Shown here in pieces: positions 28,735 through 39,109 of a DNA stretch of 64,000 nt. The stretch is from Eledone cirrhosa (Eukaryota): assembly GCA_964016885.1 (NCBI GenBank), contig OZ024764.1:4278001-4342000 (forward strand), given 5' to 3'. Made by a program: the position numbers and the translations under genes. Below the pieces are notes generated by a model. That model searched no databases. It was not told where the DNA came from and saw only the letters and a program-made list of their open reading frames with translations. Numbering within the stretch: position 1 is the first letter of the stretch; each line of letters starts with the position of its first letter.

Positions 28735-29802
28735 GATATTATGTGAGGTAAAGGCTTTACTGTGAAAATACAATAGTATATATAGAGTAATGTAAATGTT
28801 ATGTGAGATATTATGTGAGGTAAAGGCTTTACTGTGAAAATACAATAGTATATATAGAGTAATGTAAATGTTATGTGAGATATTATGTGAGGTAAAGCAT
28901 TTACCGTGAAAATATAATAGTATATAGAGAGTAATGTAAATGTTATGTGAGATATTATGTGAGGTAAAGCCTTTACTGTGACAATACAATAGTATATATA
29001 GAGTAATGTAGATGTTATGTGAGATATTATGTGAGGTAAAGTCTTTACTGTGAAAATACAATAGTATATATATAGAGTAATGTAAATGTTATGTGAGGTA
29101 TTATGTGAGGTAAAGACTTTACTGTGACAATACAATAGTATATATAGAGTAATGTAAATGTTATGTGAGATATTATGTGAGGTAAAGTCTTTACTGTGAA
29201 AATACAATAGTATATATATAGAGTAATGTAAATGTTATGTGAGGTATTATGTGAGGTAAAGACTTTACTGTGACAATACAATAGTATATATAGAGTAATG
29301 TAAATGTTATGTGAGATATTATGTGAGGTAAAGTCTTTACTGTGAAAATACAATAGTATATATATAGAGTAATGTAAATGTTATGTGAGATATTATGTGA
29401 GGTAAAGCCTTTACTGTGAAAATACGATAGTATATATAGAGTAATGTAAATGTTATGTGAGATATTATGTGAGGTAAAGCCTTTACTGTGAAAATACAAT
29501 AGTATATATAGAGTAATGTAAATGTTAAGTGAGATATTATGTGAGGTAAAGCCTTTACTGTGAAAATACAATAGTATATATAGAGTAATGTAAATGTTAT
29601 GTGAGATATTATGTGAGGTAAAGCCTTTACTGTGAAAATACGATAGTATATATAGAGTAATGTAAATGTTATGTGAGATATTATGTGAGGTAAAGCCTTT
29701 ACTGTGAAAATACAATAGTATATATAGAGTAATGTAAATGTTATGTGAGATATTATGTGAGGTAAAGCCTTTACTGTGACAATACAATAGTATATATAGA
29801 GT
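28735..29802. repeat. 72-bp satellite, left of Tx1
   Basis: Unit TGTGAGGTAAAGCCTTTACTGTGAAAATACAATAGTATATATAGAGTAATGTAAATGTTATGTGAGATATTA. Confidence 0.95.
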
Positions 29803-30039
29803 GGTTTCTTTATTTGCCACTAGGGCACAAAAGGTAGGGACAGATACAAGGGGGGAAGTTTACATATAATTAACGAGTACAAAAATATAACAATGAAATA
29901 ACAACAACAAACGAAGTCCTCAATAGGGAGGGGGCATTAACATGGGTCGCACACACCCCGGAAAAAATGTGTAACCCTTCTCCTCAGGAGCACAAAGAGT
30001 AGGTGCTTCCCTCGTCTCCTCTTTTTCCTCTTCTTTTAC

Positions 30040-33000
30040 CTACAGGCTGATATAGAGAGAAGACCCATTCACTCTGGCCATTCTCCCTACTTTCACCCAC
30101 CTTTCATAAAACTTGCTGGGGTAGAGCACCTCTCTCTCCATTCTGATCCTTCTTTTAAAATGGTATTTGAAAAAGGGGACCAGTTGTTGGCCGGAGAGAA
30201 AGGTGTCTGACCTCAGCCCTTTCAGCCTCGTCCACCATACAACTTCTTTAGCCATGGCTACCACACAGAGAAAAACCGCCTCTCCTTCGTTTTTGAAAGG
30301 GGGAGGCGGTTTGATCGTGACAATGGACTCGGTGGTCAACCGGATTGGTCCCACCCTCGACAGTAGTCGTTCCACATAGCCCCACAGGTCAGCAATGCCT
30401 GGGCAGTGTACGAATGCGTGCGCAACGGTTTCGTCATCATGCACGCATCTCGGACAGATCTTATTCAAAGGATCTCTACCCAGGCTCCCATGCCTGTGGA
30501 GCTTGTCTCGAACGGGTAGAGCCCCTCGGTAGCACTGCCAAGCCAGGGACTTTTGGAAGTTGTCCATCGGTCCAGGGCCAAACGTCCTACCAAACAGACT
30601 GGCCAGTTCATCTTCCTCCATGCCTAGAGCTTCTCCGAGAGCATCGTCGCACCTGCTGCGTACCAACCCTCTATAGAATGTCGACGTGGAGTCTCCACTG
30701 ATTGCCGGGTCCGCTTTCCAGAGGACCGTGAGCGCCTGGGCACATTCAATGTGCCAGTCGCCCACTTTTCTCGGTCTTTGCTTGACCCATGATTGCAGCT
30801 CGGTGAGCGAGACGAGTCTGGGAAAGGCTCGCCTCACAAACGGGGCCCACACCGGTTGACCGGTGAGGAATACCTGGAGGTGCCGTAGCCTTAATGCGTG
30901 TTTACGCATCTGTAGCCACGGCATCCCCAGCCCTCCTTTCGAAGGGTGTTGACAGCAGATGGATCTCCTCACCAAAGGGGTCCGCTTGTTCCAAAGAAAT
31001 TGGAACAGCGCGCACTCCATTTTGGCGAGTCTTTTCACTGGGCAAGGCACGACGGTCAAGCGGTAGTAGATGACGGATGCTATATAAGTATTCGCCACCT
31101 CCGCTCGACCTTTCAGGGATAGTTTGCACTGGGCCCACTTCTGGGTGAGTGCAAACACCCTGGCCGTTACCTCGTTCCAGTTTTTCTCCACCTGGAGGTC
31201 TGGTCCGAACCAGACCCCAAGCAGCTTCACCGGGCCCTCCGTCCAGCGTCCGACGACGTCGTTGGAGGGCATCGGTTTGCCTCTCCATGTTCCGAGTTGC
31301 AAACCGACGGACTTGTCCCGGTTCAGCTTGGCTCCTGTAAACCTTTCATATTCCTCCAGTAAGGTGCCGATCTCACCGATTTGCGAGGTTTTCGACACCA
31401 TTACTGTCACGTCATCGGCGTAGGCCGACGCCGCTTTCTGCAATCCCGGTTCCAAAGGGATGCCCTGCAACCGCTCCAACTTCCGCAGTAGTGGCTCAAG
31501 AGCCAGCACATACAGTAGGGAGGAGAGAGGGCATCCCTGTCGGATGGATCGCATGATTTGGAACGGCTCCGAGAGGTGGCCGTTCACCTTGGCCCTTGAG
31601 CAGACGTTGCTGCTGTGCATCGCAGCAATCCAACCCCTGAAAACGGGTCCGAAGCCTGCCGCCGCGAGCACCGCATCCAGGTAACGATGGTCAACCCTAT
31701 CGAAAGCTTTAGATTGATCCAAGTTGATCAGGGCCCCACCAAAGCCGGGTTCATTCCCTACCCTCTCTATGATGTATCGCATAAGGTGGAGATTGTCGTG
31801 AATGGACCTGGACGGGATTGCGCATGTCTGCGCTTCTCCCACCAGGTTTCCAACGACAAGCGCCAACCTCTTCGCTAACACCTTGGCCAAAATCTTTAAC
31901 TCTGTATTTAGCAGAGTTATGGGCCTAAAGTTACTTATGTCATCCCCCTTGTTCTCATCCTTCCTCACCAGCGTAACTACGCTCTTGGTCACAGAACTGG
32001 GAATTCTCCCGTTCTGCTGCCAGTTGCAGTAGACCGCTTCGAGGATATCGGAGAACAAGTCCGGCATCGCTACATATAGCTCGTATGGTAGACCATCGAG
32101 ACCCGGGGATTTGCGTTTGCCGCATTGGCTCAGCGCCGCCCCTATCTCAGCAGCTGAAATCGTCCTTTCGCAGGACTTCGCCTCCGCGTCCGAGAAGCGC
32201 GGCAGACCGTCGAGGTATGGATTGAAATCCATAGTCTCACCCGGCGCGCCGCCCCTCTCGAACAGTCGTGCAAAGTGCCGCTGAAAGGCCGCACACATCT
32301 GCCCAGGTTCAAGGATCACACGCCCATCCTGGTCCTTCAAAGACCGAATCGTGGACTTGTTCCCACTTTTTGCCTCTGTCACTCGGGCCCAGCTCACAGC
32401 TTTGGCTCCCTCATTACCCAGAGCACGTATTTTACTCCTGACAACGCAGCCTTCATGCTTCACCTCAAAGAACTGGTCTAAGGCCATTCTTGATGCCAGC
32501 ACGCCGGCTACATTGCCACTCCTAATCGCCTCTTCTACTCTATCTACTAATTCCCTTTCCGTCTTGTTCCTATCCCTTGCTAATTCCTGACTAAAACCTA
32601 TCGATTCTATTCTAATTGCTCTCTTAAGAGAGCTCCACCACCTGTTGTTGACAATTGCCCCTGTCAAACTCTGCTTAACTAACGTGCTAATCCGTTTACT
32701 GTAAGCTTTGCTTCTCGGTAAGGACAAGTTCAGCTTCCAGTAACCGGGTCCCTGTCTATGGGTTCTATCAAGGTTGGCTATGCAGGTCACTAACTTGTGA
32801 TCCGAATAGTCAACCATGAACATTTTTGGACAGCTAAATGTGTCCCTATCGTTCTCTCTAACTAGGACCCTATCTAGGTACGACCTAGATGTTCCACTGC
32901 GATTGGTCCACGTCCATAGTGGTACAGTCGGAAAATCTAGTCGATATCTATCGGCCAGGTCAAATCGGCCGATTAACCTTTTGAGGCTTTTACACCCCCC

Positions 33001-33477
33001 TCTATTGGCACATGCCCCTACATAGTCCCAACGTGCATCCAGGATACCATTCCAGTCCCCCACTAAAAGCAAGGAGCGGGACGTTCCCAGAAAAGTTTCC
33101 AGACGTTGGAAGTATTCCGGCCGCGCTGCCCAAAAAGGGGCGTACACAGCTATTAGTCTAAGGGCTCCACTTTCACTACTGCCGACGTCTAAAACCACCA
33201 GTCGACCCTCCGGGTCCAGGTGCACCTTCTGTATGGCGAGGCCCAGGTGTTTTCGCAGCAGAACGACAACTCCACCCCCACCCCCCGGTTGACAGAGAGA
33301 TGCGAAGATCTCAAAGTCGTCGAAGAGGGGCGCCAGTTGGTGCTCGCTGCTGATCCTGGACTCGCAAATAGCCATTACATCCATTCTATGCGACCTGAGA
33401 TCGTTTAAAAGTTTGCCTTGTTTCCAAGACAGTCCCAGGCCACGTACATTCAGACACCCAACTCTTATATCAGCCAT
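30040..33477 (-). CDS. Tx1 ORF2: APE endonuclease, reverse transcriptase and C-terminal Cys/His zinc motif (1145 aa, intact)
   Basis: EN motifs CLNVRGL, GDWN, DRVL, SDH; RT motifs SPGLDGLP, FRPITLLN, DQSKAFDRVDH, RQGCPLS, YADD; CPRC-x8-H-x4-C. Confidence 0.97.
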   Translation of the reverse strand: MADIRVGCLNVRGLGLSWKQGKLLNDLRSHRMDVMAICESRISSEHQLAPLFDDFEIFASLCQPGGGGGVVVLLRKHLGLAIQKVHLDPEGRLVVLDVGSSESGALRLIAVYAPFWAARPEYFQRLETFLGTSRSLLLVGDWNGILDARWDYVGACANRGGCKSLKRLIGRFDLADRYRLDFPTVPLWTWTNRSGTSRSYLDRVLVRENDRDTFSCPKMFMVDYSDHKLVTCIANLDRTHRQGPGYWKLNLSLPRSKAYSKRISTLVKQSLTGAIVNNRWWSSLKRAIRIESIGFSQELARDRNKTERELVDRVEEAIRSGNVAGVLASRMALDQFFEVKHEGCVVRSKIRALGNEGAKAVSWARVTEAKSGNKSTIRSLKDQDGRVILEPGQMCAAFQRHFARLFERGGAPGETMDFNPYLDGLPRFSDAEAKSCERTISAAEIGAALSQCGKRKSPGLDGLPYELYVAMPDLFSDILEAVYCNWQQNGRIPSSVTKSVVTLVRKDENKGDDISNFRPITLLNTELKILAKVLAKRLALVVGNLVGEAQTCAIPSRSIHDNLHLMRYIIERVGNEPGFGGALINLDQSKAFDRVDHRYLDAVLAAAGFGPVFRGWIAAMHSSNVCSRAKVNGHLSEPFQIMRSIRQGCPLSSLLYVLALEPLLRKLERLQGIPLEPGLQKAASAYADDVTVMVSKTSQIGEIGTLLEEYERFTGAKLNRDKSVGLQLGTWRGKPMPSNDVVGRWTEGPVKLLGVWFGPDLQVEKNWNEVTARVFALTQKWAQCKLSLKGRAEVANTYIASVIYYRLTVVPCPVKRLAKMECALFQFLWNKRTPLVRRSICCQHPSKGGLGMPWLQMRKHALRLRHLQVFLTGQPVWAPFVRRAFPRLVSLTELQSWVKQRPRKVGDWHIECAQALTVLWKADPAISGDSTSTFYRGLVRSRCDDALGEALGMEEDELASLFGRTFGPGPMDNFQKSLAWQCYRGALPVRDKLHRHGSLGRDPLNKICPRCVHDDETVAHAFVHCPGIADLWGYVERLLSRVGPIRLTTESIVTIKPPPPFKNEGEAVFLCVVAMAKEVVWWTRLKGLRSDTFLSGQQLVPFFKYHFKRRIRMEREVLYPSKFYERWVKVGRMARVNGSSLYISL

Positions 33478-33498
33478 GTTGGTTAAAAGAGGAAGGAC

Positions 33499-35235
33499 CT
33501 ACCTGTTCGGCTCCTGAGGAGCAGGTTGCACAATATCCATGGGCGTATTGGAGGGGTTGTTTGGTGGGGTGTTGTTCTGTGGTGGAGTGGGGGTGTTTGG
33601 TGAGGTGTGGGTGGGGAAACGTTTCAAGAGGACGCGGTTATAGGGTCGAGTACATGTTTTCCCCACGTCCTCAGGAAAGTTCTCTCTTAGTTTTGCATAG
33701 GTGTCCATTGGGAGTCTTATCATTTTTAAATGCGGTTTGTTGGCCGCGCTTGCAAAGAATTGCCCTTCAGTTTCCACCAAAGGGTCTTTGTGTATTGTTT
33801 TTACTAGTTCTTTGTTATTTGTGTTAATGTATGTATACTGTTTTATTTGTGTTGTGTTTGTTTGTTGTTCTTGTGTGTGCTTACGTTTTGTTGTATGTGT
33901 TATGTTTTGGGGTGGGGCGGATTTTGTTTGTTCTGTTTGTTTTGTTTTTGTTGGTGGTTGTGTGTTTGTTTCGTTTATGTTCGAGTGGTGCTTTCTTTTT
34001 TTCCTTTTTACAGGTTGGAAGGGTTCCCCCTCTTCGTCACTAGGTGCCGTTTCCGCTGGGTCCTCGTCCGTGCTGTCGGGTAGTGGTGTATTTTGGGGTT
34101 TTGTTGTATTTGTGTGTGTTTTGGGAGTTGTTTTGGGTGGGGCCGTGTCTTGTGTTATTTTTCCCTGTTGTTTTTGTTGTTGTTGTGGTGGTGGTGGTGG
34201 AGGTGGTGGTGGTGGTGGCGGTGGTGGTGTGTGGGGTGTAGGCAAAAGAGCCTTTTTTTTTGTCAATTGAGGACAAGCAGCCCTTAGATGACCCCTGCTT
34301 GAACAGTAGTAACATATGGGCCTCCTACCCTCGGCTGAAATATATATAAATGTTTCTCCATCGAGGGACACCCTCTGTGGTATTCTAGCTATTCGTTCTG
34401 GTCTCATTTGGACCAGAACCTCCACGCTCAAACCGCCGAAAACGTCTGTGGTGACTTCTCCTACTGAGAGGATTCCGTCCTCGTCTTCTAAAAATCCTGT
34501 TAGTACCCAGGAAATGCATGCATTTGGCCGGATTCCGGAGACCCTTATCTTCTGCGTTCTTTTCCCTAAATATGTGGGGAAAAATGTATGTAGCTTGGAA
34601 ACAATTGGTGCCACAGAGTATTTCCTGGCCGTCAATTGATCCTTCATTAGGACCGTTATATTCCCATAGAGTGGCCCTATTTGTATGAACGATATATCAC
34701 TCCACACATTTTTTAGGACCAGCTCAATCTCTTTTTGGGATAATTGAGTTGGTTTCCTTGTTATGTTGGAAATTGTTCTGAAAGATATCGTTCTTAGCGT
34801 CGTGTCTCTTTTGATTTCTTGTGGGGAGGTGATTGTGAAGTCTCCTCCTTCTTTGAAAGTTACATACTGTTTCGCTTCCTTCATCTTTTCTCTCAGAGTT
34901 GTAATGTCCAGTTGCTTGCAGGTTTGTGTTTTCCGGACCGCCTGTGCAAAGGAGGTACCAGTAGTGGGTTCGCTTTGTTTGGTGTTATCGTTATTTTTTC
35001 CTTGGTTGGTGTTGTGACTATTGCTGTTATTGTCGTTGTTGTTTTTGTCTGCGTTTATGTGACTTTCTGGGTTTTCACCCATTTTTACAAATTTTTCTTT
35101 TAATTCCGTGTTCCATGTTTCTTTTGCAGAAGTCAGGAGGGAAGACTTAGAGCCTTGTGCTTCTAGCTTCTCTGTATCACCTTTCTTAGGGGGCGTGGCT
35201 TTCACGTTAGGATGAGATGTGAAAATTCCGTCCAT
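33499..35235 (-). CDS. Tx1 ORF1: gag-like nucleic-acid-binding protein with one CCHC zinc knuckle (578 aa from first ATG)
   Basis: CYYCSSRGHLRAAC (CX2CX4HX4C); poly-Pro/Gln linker; basic KRKKRK; first ATG at 35235; lies directly upstream of ORF2. Confidence 0.9.
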   Translation of the reverse strand: MDGIFTSHPNVKATPPKKGDTEKLEAQGSKSSLLTSAKETWNTELKEKFVKMGENPESHINADKNNNDNNSNSHNTNQGKNNDNTKQSEPTTGTSFAQAVRKTQTCKQLDITTLREKMKEAKQYVTFKEGGDFTITSPQEIKRDTTLRTISFRTISNITRKPTQLSQKEIELVLKNVWSDISFIQIGPLYGNITVLMKDQLTARKYSVAPIVSKLHTFFPTYLGKRTQKIRVSGIRPNACISWVLTGFLEDEDGILSVGEVTTDVFGGLSVEVLVQMRPERIARIPQRVSLDGETFIYISAEGRRPICYYCSSRGHLRAACPQLTKKKALLPTPHTPPPPPPPPPPPPPPQQQQKQQGKITQDTAPPKTTPKTHTNTTKPQNTPLPDSTDEDPAETAPSDEEGEPFQPVKRKKRKHHSNINETNTQPPTKTKQTEQTKSAPPQNITHTTKRKHTQEQQTNTTQIKQYTYINTNNKELVKTIHKDPLVETEGQFFASAANKPHLKMIRLPMDTYAKLRENFPEDVGKTCTRPYNRVLLKRFPTHTSPNTPTPPQNNTPPNNPSNTPMDIVQPAPQEPNR

Positions 35236-35446
35236 TTCTATTAGTTTGCCGTAATAAATTTTTAACTGGAAAATTCGCCCCAAAAAGGGGCGAAAATAAA
35301 TAAACTCAAAGTTTGACGACCAAGGCAAGGGGTTAACGTATATTACAGTATAAAAAAATTAATCAAAACTCACTTTTTGAGTAAGTAAATCCGACTCGGT
35401 AGCCGAGCTTGTTCACACACGTCAACACACGTCTCTCGTATACGAG

Positions 35447-35865
35447 ATGTTATGTGAGATATTATGTGAGGTAAAGACTTTACAGTGAAAATACAATAGT
35501 ATATATAGAGTAATGTAAATGTTATGTGAGATATTATGTGAGGTAAAGCCTTTACTGTGAAAATATAATAGTATATATAGAGTAATGTAAATGTTATGTG
35601 AGATATTATGTGAGGTAAAGCCTTTACTGTGATAATACAATAGTATATATAGAGTAATGTAAATGTTATGTGAGATATTATGTGAGGTAAAGCATTTACT
35701 GTGAAAATACAATAGTATATGTAGAGTAATGTAAATGTTATGTGAGGTATTATGTGAGGTAAAACCTTTACTGTGACAATACAATAGTATATATAGAGTA
35801 ATGTAAATGTTATGTGAGGTAAAGCCTTTACTGTGAAAATACAATAGTATATATAGAGTAATGTG
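35447..35865. repeat. 72-bp satellite, right of Tx1
   Basis: Same unit resumes at ATGTTATGTGAGAT. Confidence 0.95.
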
Positions 35866-35914
35866 AATGCTAAAGGGTTAACAGAAGTATAAGTCTTTGG
35901 ATCACTACTGCTTT

Positions 35915-36920
35915 TGGTGGCTCTCTCAGACATGGTCTCTGTAGTACATACAACATCCCTCACTAGCTATGCTGATGACACAAAGGTAACACTGCCCTGT
36001 TACAAGATATGGATGTCATATACAAATGGGCTGAGGACAACAACATGCAGCTTAATGCTGGAAAATTTCAAACCCTACAATACCAACCTGCAAACACAAA
36101 TACAATACAACACAGCTACACCGGACCAGGAAGGATCGAAATTCCCGTGTCACAATCGATAGGAGACCTGGGAATAGACATGAGCGACGATGCATCTTTT
36201 TCTTCCCACATCATGTGGGTGGCGACAATGTGCAGACGACTTGCTGGCTGGATCTTGAGGACTTTCCGGACAAGAGACTGAGACACCATGTGGACACTAT
36301 GGAGGACATTTGTCCTAAGCCGCCTGGACTATTGCTCCCAGTTGTGGTCACCCCATAGTGTCAAACTAACCACGGAGCTTGAGGCAATCCAACAAAGCTA
36401 CACCAAGAGGATTGCGATGATAAAGGAGATAAGCTACTGGGAGAGGTTAAAAGAACTGAAACTCTCCTCCTTGGAACTAAGACGGGAGAGATACGCAGTT
36501 ATCTACATATAGACGATCCTGGAGGGACTAGCACCAAACTTTGGCATTGGGAGCTGGACCAACCCCCGAACAGGACGTCACTGTGTGGTGCCAAAGGTCC
36601 TGTCTTTCACATCTAGAGTAAGGAGCAGGTATTGCAATAGCCTGGGGTTCAAGGGCCCTCAACTCTTTACCAAGCTGCCAAGGGATCTGAGAGATCCACA
36701 TGGTTTGGACGTGGATGTTTTCAAGAAACATCTCGACACCCTGCTATCCAGGATCCCAGATGAGACCACAGCACGGTACGAAGGTAACCTAAGGGCAGCA
36801 ACAACAACAAACTCCCTCTTACACCAATGGCCAGCCAACAAAGGCTGGAGATAGAATGTGTAGCAACAAGGGCGGTGCCCCAGCATGGCCTCAGCTGAAT
36901 GGCTAGAACAGGTAAAAGAG
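35915..36920 (+). mobile_element. 5'-truncated degenerate CR1-group LINE with 3' UTR
   Basis: SYADDTK...MQLNAGKFQ...DLGIDMSDD...SRLDYCSQLWSP...YWERLKELKL..LELRRER; stops and frameshifts. Confidence 0.88.
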
Positions 36921-36942
36921 TATATATATATATATATATATA

Positions 36943-37465
36943 TCATCATCATCATCATTTTACAGCCGCTGTTCCCTGCTTCCAAGGGTGGGACGGGAAC
37001 TGATTCTGGCTTGATTTCTACAGTTGGATGCCCTTCCTAACACCAACCTCATTTACAGTGAGTGCTGGGTGCTTTTTTGCTGTGGCACCTCCACGACCAC
37101 TTTGCAGTGGAATGATAGGGACTGGGGTCCCTATCATCTCATTTCTACAGCTGAGTAAACTGGAGCAATATGAAATAAAGAGTTCAATTCTCAGACCGAG
37201 TGATGTGTTGTTTTCTTGAACAAGACACTTTATTTCACATTGTTCCAGTTTACTCAGCTGTAGAAATGAGATGATAGGGACAGGGGTCCATATCATTCCA
37301 CTGCAAAGTGGTCGTGGAGGTACCACGGCAAAAAAGCACCCAGCACTCACTGTAAATGAGGTTGGTGTTAGGAAGGGCATCCAGCTGTAGAAATCAAGCC
37401 AGAATCAGTTCCCATCCCACCCTTGCAAGCAGGGAAAAGTGGACGTAAAATGATGATAATGATGA
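36943..37465. mobile_element. Head-to-head inverted pair of 5'-truncated CORE-SINE copies (36943-37179 minus; 37180-37465 plus)
   Basis: Both arms match the 14300 SINE; the junction lies at the B box of the plus copy. Confidence 0.85.
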
Positions 37466-37530
37466 TATATATACATAAAAATATGTGTATATATATATAT
37501 ATATCATCATATGTGTATATATATATATAT

Positions 37531-37752
37531 ATCATCATCATCATCATCATCATCATTGTTTAACGTTGATCTTCCACGCTAGCATGGGTTTGGACGGGAG
37601 TTTTCCCACTTGAGGCAAGATTGGTTGTCTTGCTCGTATAGGACTGTCTGGCGGGTTTTCTACAGCTGGATGCCCTTCCTAACACCAACCACGTTTACAG
37701 TGTGGGGCTGGGAGGTTTTTACCGTGTTAACTACACGACCACATTACAGCAT
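37531..37752 (-). mobile_element. RTE 3' UTR stub with (GAT)n tail
   Basis: Homologous to 22118-22335. Confidence 0.85.
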
Positions 37753-37754
37753 GG

Positions 37755-37824
37755 ATATATATATATACATACATACAAATACATATGTGTATATATATAT
37801 ATATATATACATACATACAAATAC

Positions 37825-37865
<41 letters not shown>

Positions 37866-38108
37866 CATACAAATACATATGTGTATATATATATATATAC
37901 ATACATACAAATACATATGTGTATATATATATATATATACATACATACAAATACATATGTGTATATATATATATACATACATACAAATACATATGTGTAT
38001 ATATATATATATACATACAAATACATGTGTATATATATATATATATACATACATACAAATACATGTGTGTGTATATATATATATATATATATACATACAT
38101 ACAAATAC

Positions 38109-38139
<31 letters not shown>

Positions 38140-38194
38140 CATACATACAAATACATATGTGTATATATAAATATATATACATACATACAAATAC

Positions 38195-38245
<51 letters not shown>

Positions 38246-38910
38246 CAAATACATGTGTATATATATATATATACATACATACAAATACATATGTGTATAT
38301 ATATATATATATATATACATACAATACATATGTGTATATATATATATATATATACATACAATACATATGTCTATATATATATATATATATATATATACAT
38401 ACATACAAATACATGTGTATATATATATATACATACATACATACAAATACATATGTGTATATATATATATACATACATACAAATACATATGTGTATATAT
38501 ATATATATACATACAAATATATATGTGTATATATATATATATATACATACAAATACATATGTGTATATATATATATATATATATACATACATACAAATAC
38601 ATATGTGTATATATATATATATATATATACATACATACATACAAATACATATGTGTATATATATATATATACATACAAATACATATGTGTATATATATAT
38701 ATATACATACAAATACATATGTGTATATATATATATATACAAATACATATGTGTATATATATATATATACATACAAATACATATGTGTATATATATATAT
38801 ATACATACAAATACATATGTGTATATATATATATATACAAATACATATGTGTATATATATATATATACACACAAATACATATGTGTATATATATATATAT
38901 ACACACAATA
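37755..38910. repeat. Minisatellite ACATACAAATACATATGTG(TA)n
   Basis: Direct reading. Confidence 0.92.
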
Positions 38911-39109
38911 TATGACAGCAAGAGAGAGATCTGCTTCTCTGTCGCAATGTTAAACACGCTTTGCTATGAAAAACCAATAAAAACCAATTATCAATTGATT
39001 TGGTGTTAGTAAAACAGTATTTAATTAGTTAATGTGAGGTCAAATCCTTATTGATAATTAATATAGTATTAAACAGGTCTCTTGACACAGTAGAATAATA
39101 AAGACATGA

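Larger units (their letters stand above)
29803..35446 (-). mobile_element. Full-length Tx1/L1-clade non-LTR retrotransposon (~5.6 kb)
   Basis: 5' UTR, ORF1, 21-nt spacer, ORF2 and a ~237-nt 3' UTR ending AATAAAGAAA; satellite on both sides. Confidence 0.95.
28595..35881 (+). mobile_element. piggyBac-type MITE with TTAA TSDs, internal 72-bp satellite and nested Tx1
   Basis: TTAA (28595-98) CCCTTTAATGTTCA ... TGAATGCTAAAGGG TTAA (35878-81); TIRs match at 11 of 14 positions; CCC termini with TTAA TSD are piggyBac hallmarks. Confidence 0.8.

Noticed and set aside
35236-35328. N-terminal extension of Tx1 ORF1 given in the ORF track
   Set aside because: Relies on a TTG start; the first ATG is at 35235.
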